Shown one piece after another: positions 13,198 through 25,019 of a stretch of 64,000 nt of DNA (position 1 is the stretch's first letter; every line of letters begins with the position of its first letter). The notes beneath the pieces were generated by a model that was given only the letters and a program-made list of their open reading frames with translations, was not told where the DNA came from and ran no database searches. Source of the stretch: Lytechinus pictus (lineage: Eukaryota). The position numbers and the translations under genes were made by a program. The stretch covers positions 42,718,001 through 42,782,000 of the forward strand of contig NC_087249.1 of the NCBI RefSeq assembly GCF_037042905.1, given 5' to 3'.

Positions 13198-14873
13198 CAG
13201 GGGCTGCGGAATGGTTTTAAAAGTGGGGGGGGGGCTGACCATGCTAAAAATCACAATCAGATGGTAATTTTCATGTTTTTGTACACGCAAGCCTTGAAAT
13301 AAGCGGGCGCTGAGCGCAAATTCGCGCTCATAGAGCCATCAATTGCGCCCATTAAGCCCCAAAATCATCAAAATTTTGACGACCGGGCGCAAATATTTTC
13401 CAGGTAATTGCGCCTGCCGTGAGTGAGCAGTGAAGCCATATCATACATGTAATTTAAATATCTGTAAAGCCAAAATCAAGTAACTTTCAATTTACGATAA
13501 ACACAGTTTAAAATTGCCAAGTGCGTCTTTTTTTCTGTACCATGACTACGTCCGTCGTTTTTTTTTCTGTAATACATGTGCGCGCGTGCTTCCGGTAGCG
13601 GTTTTTCCATACTTCACCATGTGCAATTTCTAATGCACACATTTCCAGTTGGGATATCACAATTCTGCGATATAGTAATTCAAATTGCACAGGAGATAAA
13701 TCCCTGTTCACAGCACATACGATGTGCGAGTCTTTTATCCTCACAGTCGCCGACTTTGCTTGTCAAAACGGAGCCTTAATAATCCAAAATCACTTAGCAT
13801 ATAGTTGTGAATTGTAGCTTTTTAATTTCTTTCTTGGAGAGGGGTAAATATCAGACAATAAATCATCAAACAAGGCTCCATCTAAAAACAAAAAAAGAGG
13901 ACGCCGTGTACTTGAGTGTGGCCAGCTAGCCAGTTTGAGCTCATGTTCTCTGCCAGAGCTCTGGGTGAGAATTTTATCAGTAATGGCCTAAGTGATGGTG
14001 ATTTTCCGTTTCAGATACAGTTTAGATTTCATGTTAATTTTTGAAAACTGTCAAAAAACTTTATGATTTCTTCATTGTGATGAATATTTAAGTTATTAAT
14101 GAATACATTTTCACCGAATTTAGATTCTCCCAGAATGAAAGGCATTTTCTGTGGAGATCTGCGTTTTCAAATAACTTGTGAAAAACTTAAGGTACATGAA
14201 CCTACAATACATGTACATAGCCTGTGGCTATGTGCTGGAATTTGAATAGACTGAGTTAGATATTGATTTCATTTCTTTAACATAATTTATATGCAATCCA
14301 AGTGCACCTCACAGTCACAATCACACACAAACACTCACCCACACCCGTGATTCTAACCATGAAAAAAAACCTTAAATTTTTTTTTTTTTTTTCTAAATTT
14401 ATTATTATTTGATCTGAATTCTCTCTTTCTCCATCTCTCTCTCTGTTTTTATATTTTTATTTTATTCATTTATTTAGATTTTTTTTTTTTGGGGGGGGTT
14501 CATTGATCGTGGTTCATTAAAGATGAAAAATAAATAAGCCCATGTGTGTGTGGTTGTAAAGGGGATGTGTAGTGAGGGTGTCAAAACACACTTAAACATT
14601 TAAATCTGATTTCTTAAATGTCTGAATAAGCCTAATACTTAGGATATGCTATTCATGTTCTAATTAAAAAAATGCAGGAGCTGCGCCTACTATAAACAAA
14701 TTTGCGGTGTGGTTCACCGTTATATATATATTTTTTTAATTGCCCCCGGTTCCAGAAAATTGCCACCGGCTCACAGGTGCTTATTTCAAGGCTTGTGTAC
14801 ACGATTTTGGAAAAAAGAGGGGGGGGGGGCTAAAGCCCCAGCCCCCGCCCTTCCCCTGTTTCCGTGGCCCCTG
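13198..14873. mobile_element. Short CAGGGG-terminated MITE with 5-bp TSD (host of a nested element)
   Basis: TIR CAGGGGCTGCGGAA/TTCCGTGGCCCCTG; direct repeat AACAG at 13193-13197 and 14874-14878. Confidence 0.65.
13288..14795. mobile_element. 1.5-kb non-autonomous hAT-like element nested in the MITE above
   Basis: 17-bp TIR CAAGCCTTGAAATAAGC; perfect 8-bp TSD TGTACACG (13280-13287, 14796-14803). Confidence 0.85.
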
Positions 14874-14923
14874 AACAGTGCATCTTAATGGAATAGGCTT
14901 ACCAGAAACAAATTTATTGTTAA

Positions 14924-15507
14924 AGGAGAATGAAACTCTTGGAGCAAGTTAGCTTTTGTGAAAGCAGAAAAATCAAAGTATAAGATCAACAAAAGTTTGA
15001 GTAAAATAGGACTAGCAATAGAAGAGTTATGAGCATTTGAATGTCGAGATCACTAATGCTATGGAGATCCTCCCATTGGCAATGCGACCAAGATCTATGA
15101 TGTCACATATGAACAACTCTCCCCTTTTGGACACTGAAAACATACCCCAAAACATCTCTTTTGCCTCATTCTAATCATATGACAAACGATTCATCAATGA
15201 TATAATGTTGTGAAACCTCTGTACTTGTCCTCTCATAAAGAGAACACCTCACCTTGTGATAGACTCTATAAAAGTGAGAATATAAGTGAAATAAGTACTA
15301 AAGTAATGAGGGAGTTGTACGTGTGTGACATCACAGATCTTGGTCGTATTGCCAATGGGAGGATCTACATGGCATTAGTGATCTCAATATTCAAATGCTC
15401 ATAACTTTCTCATTATTCATTCAATCTTCCTCAAACTTTCAACAATATGTTTCTTTGGTTTTTCTCTTTGATATGGATTCAGCTGGTTTCAAGGGTTTCA
15501 TTCTCCT
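14924..15507 (+). mobile_element. TTAA-targeting (Kolobok-like) MITE family C, copy 1
   Basis: TTAA|AGGAGAATGAAAC...GTTTCATTCTCCT|TTAA; 584 bp; near-identical to 58807-59390. Confidence 0.85.
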
Positions 15508-15927
15508 TTAATATCTTAGTAAAAGGTAAGATCAAGAAAGTGTTTTCAATGGTCATGGTTTCTTCCAGGAATGGGCTGACAAGTAATTGTGATATTCTAA
15601 ATGGAAAATCATTGTTAATATCTCTAGTATACCTTTAGTGTTTTACTGTGGAGATCTATGTAGAATGTGCTTACTGGTACCAGTGATATTCCAAGATATT
15701 CTCATATGAAATTTATGTTAAAATAGGAATAAGGATACACATCTAAAAGGCGTTTTCACTACAAAACAGGATAAAGGGCCCATCTCTTAACTTAGAGCGT
15801 GGAAGTAAAAAGGATGTATTTGGAGCAAGAGAGTGCAACATTGCCCCCGGATCAAGGCCTGTTTGAGCAGATTAGATGGATATCAAGCTAACTAAAGTTT
15901 CAAAATACAGACAAGATACTTTACATT

Positions 15928-16267
15928 AGGCGGTGCTGCACCAGCCCGAGTTTGCTCAATCTCGAGATTCAAGAAACCCTATCTCCACCATAGCAAGAAG
16001 AGCGATTCTTGCTCGAGCGAAGCATCGATGCATTATGGTCTGACGCCATGAATAAACAATCCCGAGTGCGTCTGCACCTGCGAATTAGCGGGATAATTCG
16101 AAATAATCCCAAGTTGACCTGGGATTGCAATCTCGAGATTAATCCTATGAACTAGCGCGATAATTGAGTCTCCATTACAAATAATCTCGAGATTGTTCAG
16201 ATCGGGATAATTTGCCGGATCAGAAATAGCGCGCTAATTTGACACTCGGGCTGGTGCAGACGGCCCT
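15928..16267. mobile_element. Harbinger-like palindromic MITE
   Basis: TIR core ctgcaccagcccgagt/actcgggctggtgcag; internal aatctcgagatt palindromes. Confidence 0.65.
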
Positions 16268-16289
16268 ATTCAGTACAAGGTGGAAGGAT

Positions 16290-16556
16290 AGAAAATGAAT
16301 CAGAATGAATTCATTCATTCATTCATCACTTTGAATTACAGATTGAATGAATTATGAAACTGATGCATAAATGGATAGACCTACCCAATAAATGAGTGAA
16401 TGATTGGATCAGTGAACGAATAGATGAATGAATGAAGGAATTAATAAATGTACATGTATGAATGGATGGATGGATGGAATGGTTGCATAGATGAATGAAT
16501 GGATGAATATCTGGATGAATATGCGAATGAATGAATGAATGAACGAACAAATGACT
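16290..16556. repeat. (GAAT/GGAT)n microsatellite abutting an assembly gap
   Basis: Visible tetranucleotide repeats; N run 16557-16874 follows. Confidence 0.85.
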
Positions 16557-16934
16557 NNNNNNNNNNNNNNNNNNNNNNNNNNNNNNNNNNNNNNNNNNNN
16601 NNNNNNNNNNNNNNNNNNNNNNNNNNNNNNNNNNNNNNNNNNNNNNNNNNNNNNNNNNNNNNNNNNNNNNNNNNNNNNNNNNNNNNNNNNNNNNNNNNNN
16701 NNNNNNNNNNNNNNNNNNNNNNNNNNNNNNNNNNNNNNNNNNNNNNNNNNNNNNNNNNNNNNNNNNNNNNNNNNNNNNNNNNNNNNNNNNNNNNNNNNNN
16801 NNNNNNNNNNNNNNNNNNNNNNNNNNNNNNNNNNNNNNNNNNNNNNNNNNNNNNNNNNNNNNNNNNNNNNNNNNACCAACTGAATAGAGAGGTTTGGCAA
16901 GGAGTGAGAAAAGCCGATGAGCAAACGTGCTTAC

Positions 16935-17172
16935 CTGGGTGGGTAAATAATGCGATTCTTGAGAAGGTTCACCACAGGAAGTGGAAGACCCAGAGAGTTG
17001 ACAAACATCGAATCCATTGGAATGAGGGCTATTGATCCATCCAATTGTGTAGGTAGAGGCCTGGTCATGGGGATACACACTTCATACTCGAAGGGAAAAT
17101 GTCTGAAGAAGAAAGCCAGACCTAACCAATGAGAGGTATCGTATTCGTGGGCGAGGACAACACACTTTCTTC
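16935..17172 (-). CDS. Candidate internal exon of an unidentified minus-strand gene
   Basis: Bounded by cctttactttag| and CCCAG|gtaagc. 238 nt with one frame fully open (phase 1 to phase 2: RKCVVLAHEYDTSHWLGLAFFFRHFPFEYEVCIPMTRP...KNRIIYPP). No protein family recognised. Confidence 0.45.
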
Positions 17173-18440
17173 CTAAAGTAAAGGACAGTAGAAGAGACTG
17201 AAGTGAAGAAACCATGTTCTGGCTTTTTTTTTCTTCAAAACAACAAATGTTAAAAAGAAAAGAAGAATGCAGGATGTAACAAAAGTGCCTTAAAAAAAAA
17301 CACTTGAAATCCAGTAGACCTATGCATTCCAAATTACAAAAAATTCAAGAAATGTTTAATATTTTATGTAATTATCTCACACTGATTTTCAATACTATAT
17401 AGTGAAATGTGAATGTCAGAAGAATAATTTTATGATATCTGATAAATTGGGTCTATCACACACATGGCCATGGGAGGGGAGATCTACAACCACTTTATTT
17501 TAATCGCTCGATCGCCATCAGCGCAGCTACAGCTGAGCGTAAGAACATGCCAGCCAATCCGCTGGCGCGTCCGTATGCTCAGCTGTAGCTGATGGCGATC
17601 GAAGAAGAAGCTGGCTGATCCCGATCTATTTGTCATCAAATTTCACTATTTTCAAGCATATTTTTCGAAAGGTGGTAAGCTGATTGTATTTGATATAAAT
17701 TCATCTTTATTATTTCTTCCTTTTCCCCCGTCAAAAAAACAAAATATAGCCTCGGTCTCGATCGGTCATTTTGTTTTGAATTTTGAAAGGAGAGGTATCG
17801 CGACAGAACTTTTCATTTTTTTTGAGGTTCCAGTCTGTGCCTCGATGTTGACCACGATTTGTGTGTCACGATAGACCTTCATCCATACAATCGCAGTAAG
17901 TGCATAATTTCTGTTTCCACACTTTATTAAGATTACTATTTAGACCCCAATCTACCCCAGTGTCTCCCTCGTTTTGCACGGTCGACTCCTGGGCTCCGGC
18001 CCGCGAAACGGGCCGGAGCTCCCTGGGTTAAGTCTAGCCTAAAAAGTTGGTTAACTAGTATTTAACATTAGACCCATCCATCTTTCAAAATCAAGTTTAT
18101 TGTAGTTTATATTTTCAGATCTAAACGTTTCTACAAGCAGACCTAATTGTGGTCCTACAGTGTACCATTCGAATGGAACCCCACCTGTTTCTACCTCGAG
18201 ATTTAACCACGCTCAATACAGAATGACAACCAGTCATGAAGAAACGTTGGTCAATAACTTTGTCCCACACATACATATTGATGTTAGCATTTGTTAATTT
18301 AGCATGACAAATATTGGATTAATCATAATTCATAGGATAGGGTCTAACATGAATGATTTATCAATTCCTAGCAATATCATTGAACTGGAAACACGTCGAA
18401 TTACTTCAAAGAAAAATACATTTAGATCTAGAGGTCTTAC

Positions 18441-18510
18441 CAGAACTGTTTTCCCAAATCCCAAGCTTCCAAGCCTTTCTCTCAGCGCCATCATCAATGC
18501 GTCTTCCCAG
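18441..18510 (-). other. 3' part of candidate first exon of the unidentified gene
   Basis: Donor TCTG|gtaaga at 18441. The phase-1 frame is open and compatible with the 17172 acceptor. The sequence continues into the CpG-rich segment 20776-20952 once the hAT-like insertion is removed. Confidence 0.3.
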
Positions 18511-20775
18511 CAGGGCCGTAGCTAGAGGGGGGGTATGGGGGGGTGTGACACCCCCCCAACATTCATGGCAGTCGGCAAAATCATGTACCAGTTGGCAAAA
18601 TTGAGGATAGGGGAGAAAAAGAAAGAGGGAAAGAAAGGAANNNNNNNNNNNNNNNNNNNNNNNNNNNNNNNNNNNNNNNNNNNNNNNNNNNNNNNNNNNN
18701 NNNNNNNNNNNNNNNNNNNNNNNNNNNNNNNNNNNNNNNNNNNNNNNNNNNNNNNNNNNNNNNNNNNNNNNNNNNNNNNNNNNNNNNNNNNNNNNNNNNN
18801 NNNNNNNNNNNNNNNNNNNNNNNNNNNNNNNNNNNNNNNNNNNNNNNNNNNNNNNNNNNNNNNNNNNNNNNNNNNNNNNNNNNNNNNNNNNNNNNNNNNN
18901 NNNNNNNNNNNNNNNNNNNNNNNNNNNNNNNNNNNNNNNNNNNNNNNNNNNNNNNNNNNNNNNNNNNNNNNNNNNNNNNNNNNNNNNNNNNNNNNNNNNN
19001 NNNNNNNNNNNNNNNNNNNNNNNNNNNNNNNNNNNNNNNNNNNNNNNNNNNNNNNNNNNNNNNNNNNNNNNNNNNNNNNNNNNNNNNNNNNNNNNNNNNN
19101 NNNNNNNNNNNNATCAACTTCGAAGAAGGTTACGACTTATGGAGTAAAGACAACCAGTTGGCAAATCCAAGTCCATGTAGCCAGGCTTAGAGCCCTACTA
19201 GTCAGCATAATAAAAGGACAAAACAGATGGAGCTATAATAACGCACGAAGTAAGCCCCCGGTCCTCCCCCAATATAAACAAGCTTGTGAGTTTGCAAATT
19301 ATACCACAATTATTGACGATTTAACAAATACATTAGATTTGTAAAATTAGAAGCAAGACAAAGTGATGTACAAGTACTGCCCCGTTTCAGAACTGAAAAG
19401 AACAGAACACAAGACTTAAAAAACTAGTGACTCTGCAGTTGGCAAATTCATGAAGACAAGTGTACAACTTGTAGACTTGTCTACAAGTTTGCAGTTGGCA
19501 AAAAAAACACAAGTTATTATTGTTTTATGTTATTATGTAGTGATATATGCATTTTCATGACTATATACTTAAAGTGATTGCCCCCTTTTAAGGCCTTAAT
19601 ATATAAAACATTTCCAGTCTGTGTTTACGTTTGCACTGGTGTGGACCGATATAGGTACCGGGCTGGTGTTAAATCAACACCGGCGTTTTTTTTTTTGCAG
19701 TGCATGAATTCCCGCTAGACAGTCCTTAAAAATGTCCCTTTTCTGATCTAATTATAACAAATTTTCAGCTCGCGCTTCGCGCTCGCATCACTTGATTAGT
19801 GAAATAGTAAATTCCTACAAACAAGCCATAGAATGCCCCTCTTCAGGTCTGAATTTCAAAAATTGTCAGCTTGCGCTTCTCGCCCGCAATATTTCATTAT
19901 TAAAATACGTATCATGTTCATGATTACAATGACCACAACAAGTGCTGTGCTTAGGTGTAATTATAACAAAATCAGCAAGCGCTTGGCGCTTGCATTAGAT
20001 GACTATGATGAGATACGTACGCACTTCATGAATTCCAAAAGATAGTCCTTAAAATGTCCCTTTTTAGGGTCAAGTTATACAAAAAAATTTCCGCTCGCGC
20101 TTCGCGCTCGCATTGTTTGTTTTGTGAGACAGGTACATATCATGATTAAAAACTTTGCTTATAATGTCCCTTTTTAGGACTGAATATCAAACATTTTCAG
20201 CTCGCGCTTCGCGCTCGCATTATTTGATCACTAAGATACATATCCGTTTAATTGCACAGCCCTTAAAATGTCTCTGTTAGGTCAGTATACCTGGCAATTG
20301 AGCGCGCTTCGCGCGCCCAATTAATGACACAACATTTTTGCTGGTCCCCCAAATGCCGCGACACACGGTACGCAACTGTTAGCAGTAGCACTCTTGAAAT
20401 TTTAGTTGAGACATCTTGCACAGAAGGTCAATTAAAAATTAACAAATCTTTGATTTTGATATTATTAATGCATAGGGTATATCATTATACTGCAAGTTAG
20501 CAACTACGGCACAGTAGCCTTTCTATTTTGCTCCAAAATGTTTATTTTTACAGTGCAAATATCTTTGTATATCTTTGTATAATTTACCATAAAGTGTTCA
20601 CCAAATGCCACTAATTTAATTCTAAAAATTCAAATCTTTTGGCATGTGATTATTGTAGGGGGGCACATCCCCCATCAGAGTCCCCCTGTGCTCACGTTGG
20701 CGCTGTCACGCCAAATTTAGTTGGCAAATTTAGCTGGTACACCCCCCCAACAAAATGCTTCTGGCTACGGCCCTG
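18511..20775. mobile_element. hAT-like non-autonomous element (spans gap 18641-19112) carrying GCTCGCGCTTCGCGCTCGC units
   Basis: TIR CAGGGCCGTAGC/GCTACGGCCCTG; perfect 8-bp TSD CTTCCCAG (18503-18510, 20776-20783). Confidence 0.85.
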
Positions 20776-20952
20776 CTTCCCAGGCCGCGCCGGCCGCCAC
20801 GCACGGCCAGCGCAACAGAACGAGCATAATTTGCATAGATGCTCGTATGGCATGGTGTTGCGGATGCATAATGGAGATAAACAGAGGATGGAGATGCGAA
20901 CAGTTTAATACATCTCCACGATCGAACAGAGCTAGAAGTTATCTCCGTGGAC

Positions 20953-21138
20953 CACTAGCGTACCTACGGGGGGGGGGGCAGGGGGTGCACTCTGCCCCCC
21001 TGACGAGCCACAACCCAACGAAAACCTTTATTTTTTTTATTTAAGACCTTTTTTTTTTTTTTTTTTTTTTTTTTTTCTTGTCAAAATTTTTGGCGGCCGA
21101 TTTTGCCCCCCCTGTGGAAAATCCTAGGTACGCCACTG
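20953..21138. mobile_element. Short hAT-like MITE
   Basis: Termini cactagcgtaccta/taggtacgccactg; 8-bp TSD CCGTGGAC (20945-20952, 21139-21146). Confidence 0.8.
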
Positions 21139-21309
21139 CCGTGGACAGATGAGATGGACGATTGTCTCAATGTACTTTGTAGTTTACCCCAAGTTTTACT
21201 TTTGAGGACCGCACTGGTGACTTGCCAAATAAAATCAATCAATCAATCAATTAATCAAAGCTTGATTATCTTTTATTCAATGGCGCACGGCAATGCAATG
21301 CAAAATGGC

Positions 21310-22269
21310 AGAGCAAAAAAAAAGGAGAAAGAAGATAATAAAAAGAAGGGAGAAGAAAGAAGAAGAGGGAAATAAGAGGAAGACGAGTGAATAAATAATG
21401 GGAAGACAAAAGAAAAGAATCTTTCATGTTACTATATAAAATTTTCGCTCGCGCTTCGCGCTCGGATTGTCTTTTCGATGAGAATCATATCTTGCTCAAA
21501 AGGGTGATATGGAGTCGCCATGTATGTTGCTGCATATATGTTCTTTATTTAAAATGTGTTTGAAATTATCCAGTATCAGATCAGAACTTTTATCAATAAT
21601 TTTCTGCTCGCGCTTCACGCTCGCATTATAAATGATACCCAATTTACCATATCCTATTCATGATTTACAAAATATGAATAGAGTGTCCCGTTTTTAGGTC
21701 TAAAATCTCAAATTTCTTTCGCTCGCATTAATTGTTTAGTTACATACCTATCCCATTTCACATTACGAAAAGTGTTTAGAATTACCATTTTTTTAGGGTG
21801 GAATGTCAAAAATGTTTAGCTTGCGCATCGCCCATAATTGTATTATGTACCTTCTTCGTGTGTAACTATAATTAAACAGTCCTTAACAGGTCCCTTTTCG
21901 ATCATGCCAGAACATTTATTAAAAAATTCTGCTTGCGCTTGGTGTTCGCAGTAATTATCTAGTTACATACGCATTTTGTTCAGGATCACAAACATTGCCC
22001 AGAATGTTAAATTTTCAGGACAAAATACATGAAAGTTTAAGAAAAATTAGCTCACACGTCGCGCTCGCACTTTTTATATAGGGCTTATGAGATTAATCTC
22101 ATATTTTTGTTGCTTAAAGCTATCGGGGAAATATATAATTTTGGGCCCACCCCCTAATTGGCGAAAGTCGGATTGGCCCTTGTGACACGCACAGAAAAAA
22201 AATGTTGCCCCCCTGAAAAAGCAAGGACCCCTCAGTGCCCCCAGGAAAAAAATCCTAGCTACGCCACTG
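21310..22269 (+). mobile_element. Degraded element of the GCTCGCGCTTCGCGCTCGC family
   Basis: Collinear similarity with 32150-33830; ends in the hAT-like terminus ctagctacgccactg. TSD not found. Confidence 0.6.
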
Positions 22270-23335
22270 CATTGACGCCCCCCCCCCCCCGCCAAGTTAC
22301 ACGACAAAGAAAAAAAGGAGAAAAGGATAGAAAAGTAAAAGTAAAGATAAATGGTGAAATATGAGAATTTCTCTGAATATTAGTATAGGCCTATGTCAAA
22401 ATCCGCCAGTGATATTTTTTTATGAAGGTCTATAGCGAGATGACCAATTTTGAGAAGTATATTGGGGATCTGGATATGAATTCATGAGACAAATAAGAGT
22501 CCACGTCCAGTGATTTTTCACCGACAATCTTATTCCGAGCCAATCAGATGCAAGGATTTCAGTAGCTTACCATAAAATAGTCAGTGAAATCCACTTTTTT
22601 TCATGAAGTGCTCTCCTGGAACTGAAGACTACAAGTACAACCTGTCAAGATGATGCCAACGCAACAGGAAGCGACTCTGTTGACCTTTCCCACAAACGTG
22701 ACCCTTTCAAGTTCACATGACTTTGAGAATGGATTGAAAAGTTTGAACAAGCGCATGCCCACTAGTACAGTGATGTATAGGCCTATACGAAAACAAAAAA
22801 CATCTCGTCATCCCCGGTCTCTTTCTCTCTCTCTCTCTCCATCTCTCTTTTTATCTCTTCCTTTATTTTAAATTTTCTGTACCTTTAACTGAAAAATGAG
22901 GCGCCACTTAATTTTCATCTTATTTCAGTAATTTTTCTTTAAAAAAAAGTTTACTCTTTTGCCATGATAGGCCCATACAATCGTGGCGGAATCGTGGCCG
23001 ATTGCAGAGAGATCGAGGGGGCCGGTGGTTATACTCCCATATCAATTCAAGAGCTATTGACAAGAGATTTTGCTTCTTTTAGGGTCCAGATATTTTACTC
23101 TTTGGGTATCAGACTTAGATAATGTCTGTACAGTATATGATGGGAGTTGATGTGCCCCTTTAAGAGAAGCGGTACCTTTGAAGGGACTCACAATGACGTC
23201 GGTGTCGACTTTCCTCATACCTGGCGGACACGTGCGTGAGGAGGGCTTTCCCCACGATCACAGGTGTACAATTTCCTCCCGTATTACCCCAAATAGTCTT
23301 TGGAGCCAGATGCTTCATGTGAAACAAAATATTAA

Positions 23336-23912
23336 AGGTCAAGTCCACCCCGGGAAAATGCTGACTAGCATAGTGCTGGAAGTGCTGAAAATTTCATCAA
23401 AATCGGATGTAAAATAAGAAAGTTATGACATTTTAAAGTTTCGCTTATTTTTTCACAAAACAGTGATATGCACAACTATATAGGTGACTCAGTCGATGAT
23501 GTCCATCACTCACTATTTCTTTTTTTTTAATTATTTGAATCATACAATATTTCATTTTTTATAGATTTGAAAATAAGGACCAACTTGACTGAACCATATA
23601 GTATTAAAATATGCTAATTCCACATGTTCAGGGAGGTATTAATCGTTGTATCACTTGACAATGAGGAGAAAATTAGAATATTTCATATTTCATATAATAA
23701 AATACAAAAGAAATAGTGAGTGGATGACGTCATCAGTCTCCTCATTGCATACCAGCCAGGATGTGCATAGAACTGTTTTGTGAAATTAAGCGAAACTTAA
23801 AAATGTCATAACTTTCTTATTTACATCCGATTTTGATGAAATTTTCAGTGTTATGCTTGTTGGATTTTTCTCTTTTTATTCAAACCAACTTTTGTTGGGG
23901 TGGACTTGTCCT
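23336..23912 (+). mobile_element. TTAA (Kolobok-like) MITE family A
   Basis: TTAA|AGGTCAAGTCCACCCC...GGGGTGGACTTGTCCT; right TSD decayed. Confidence 0.8.
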
Positions 23913-23939
23913 ATTCATTAAACGGGGTGGGGGTGATTA

Positions 23940-24123
23940 CACTCTGAAAAAAAAGGTTATCATTATTGGGTAAAATGGGAACATACTGGTTGGGTAAAAG
24001 ATTTTACGCAATGTTGCGTTGAAATGGCCCAATATGAGGTTTACAAAAATGCAAGTATAGCATACATGCATGTTCCCTTTCTACCCAATATTGGATTAAA
24101 TTTTACTTAGTGCTTTTAGAGTG
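23940..24123. mobile_element. Small CAC-terminated MITE with TA flanks (EnSpm/CACTA-like, tentative)
   Basis: ta|CACTCTGAAAA...TTTTAGAGTG|ta with internal inverted ttgggta/tacccaa. Confidence 0.5.
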
Positions 24124-25019
24124 TACCATAAGGCTGATAAAAAATACCATCAGCCGATCTCTTGGAGCTCATGAGGCCAATGATTTTTGTGTCATCTTTA
24201 AAACGACACATTTTAATGGTCATTTTGTTGGTTATGATCAGGTCTAGAGTCTTAAGACCGAGATCTCCATCTCGGGGGGGGGGGGGGGGGGTGAAAAGAA
24301 AAGAAAAGAGAGACTGGTGAAATGTGGTATCATCTTTTGAATATATGTCATAATCTATCACAAAATTTGATTTTTGTATTAACTAAAAAATGCCGAAACA
24401 TTTGCTCGCTTGCTTCACTCGCTCACAGTTTGTTTTTATAAATTTTGCCCGATACCCCAGATCTAGCTCCTATTTTTTTATTTTGCTCATTACGCCACTG
24501 GGATTGTTATATCGGATTTCAATTTTTGTTTTTGCCATATTCAATGAATTTTTCTTTAATTCTTTGAGTGACAAGTTCATGCTAGGCCTACACACAATAT
24601 TGTTGTTGACAATTTTTGAAAAGAACTGTGGGAAGAGAATGAAAGAAACGCCTGTGTGTAAGTTTAGTTGCTATAACCATGGACCTATAGGTCCATGCTA
24701 TAACGAACATCTCTCATTTAGGTTTCTCCTCTCACCTTCCTGCCTGAGGCAGGCATGGGATGCGGTTTGAAAGACATATTCTTCCAAAGATTCAGTTTAA
24801 AGAGAAAGTTGATTTTAACAACGATGTGAATGTTAGAGTTTAAATTTCTACATAATTTCATCTATTTTTATTAATCTCGTCATAGGATAAAAGTTTTTTT
24901 TTTTTTCCTATATAGTGTTTTATCAAAATATGATTTAAAAAAATAAAGGAAACAAAAAATAAACGATTTCTTAAATTATCTGAAACGAAAAAAGAAGAAG
25001 ATGAAACTGCGGCAAGTCA

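Noticed and set aside
15210-15404. Identical 64-aa ORF at 15210 and 59093
   Set aside because: It lies inside two young copies of the same MITE, has a non-ATG start and shows no domain.
16326-19344. Long ORFs containing X runs
   Set aside because: Artefacts of N gaps at 16557-16874 and 18641-19112.
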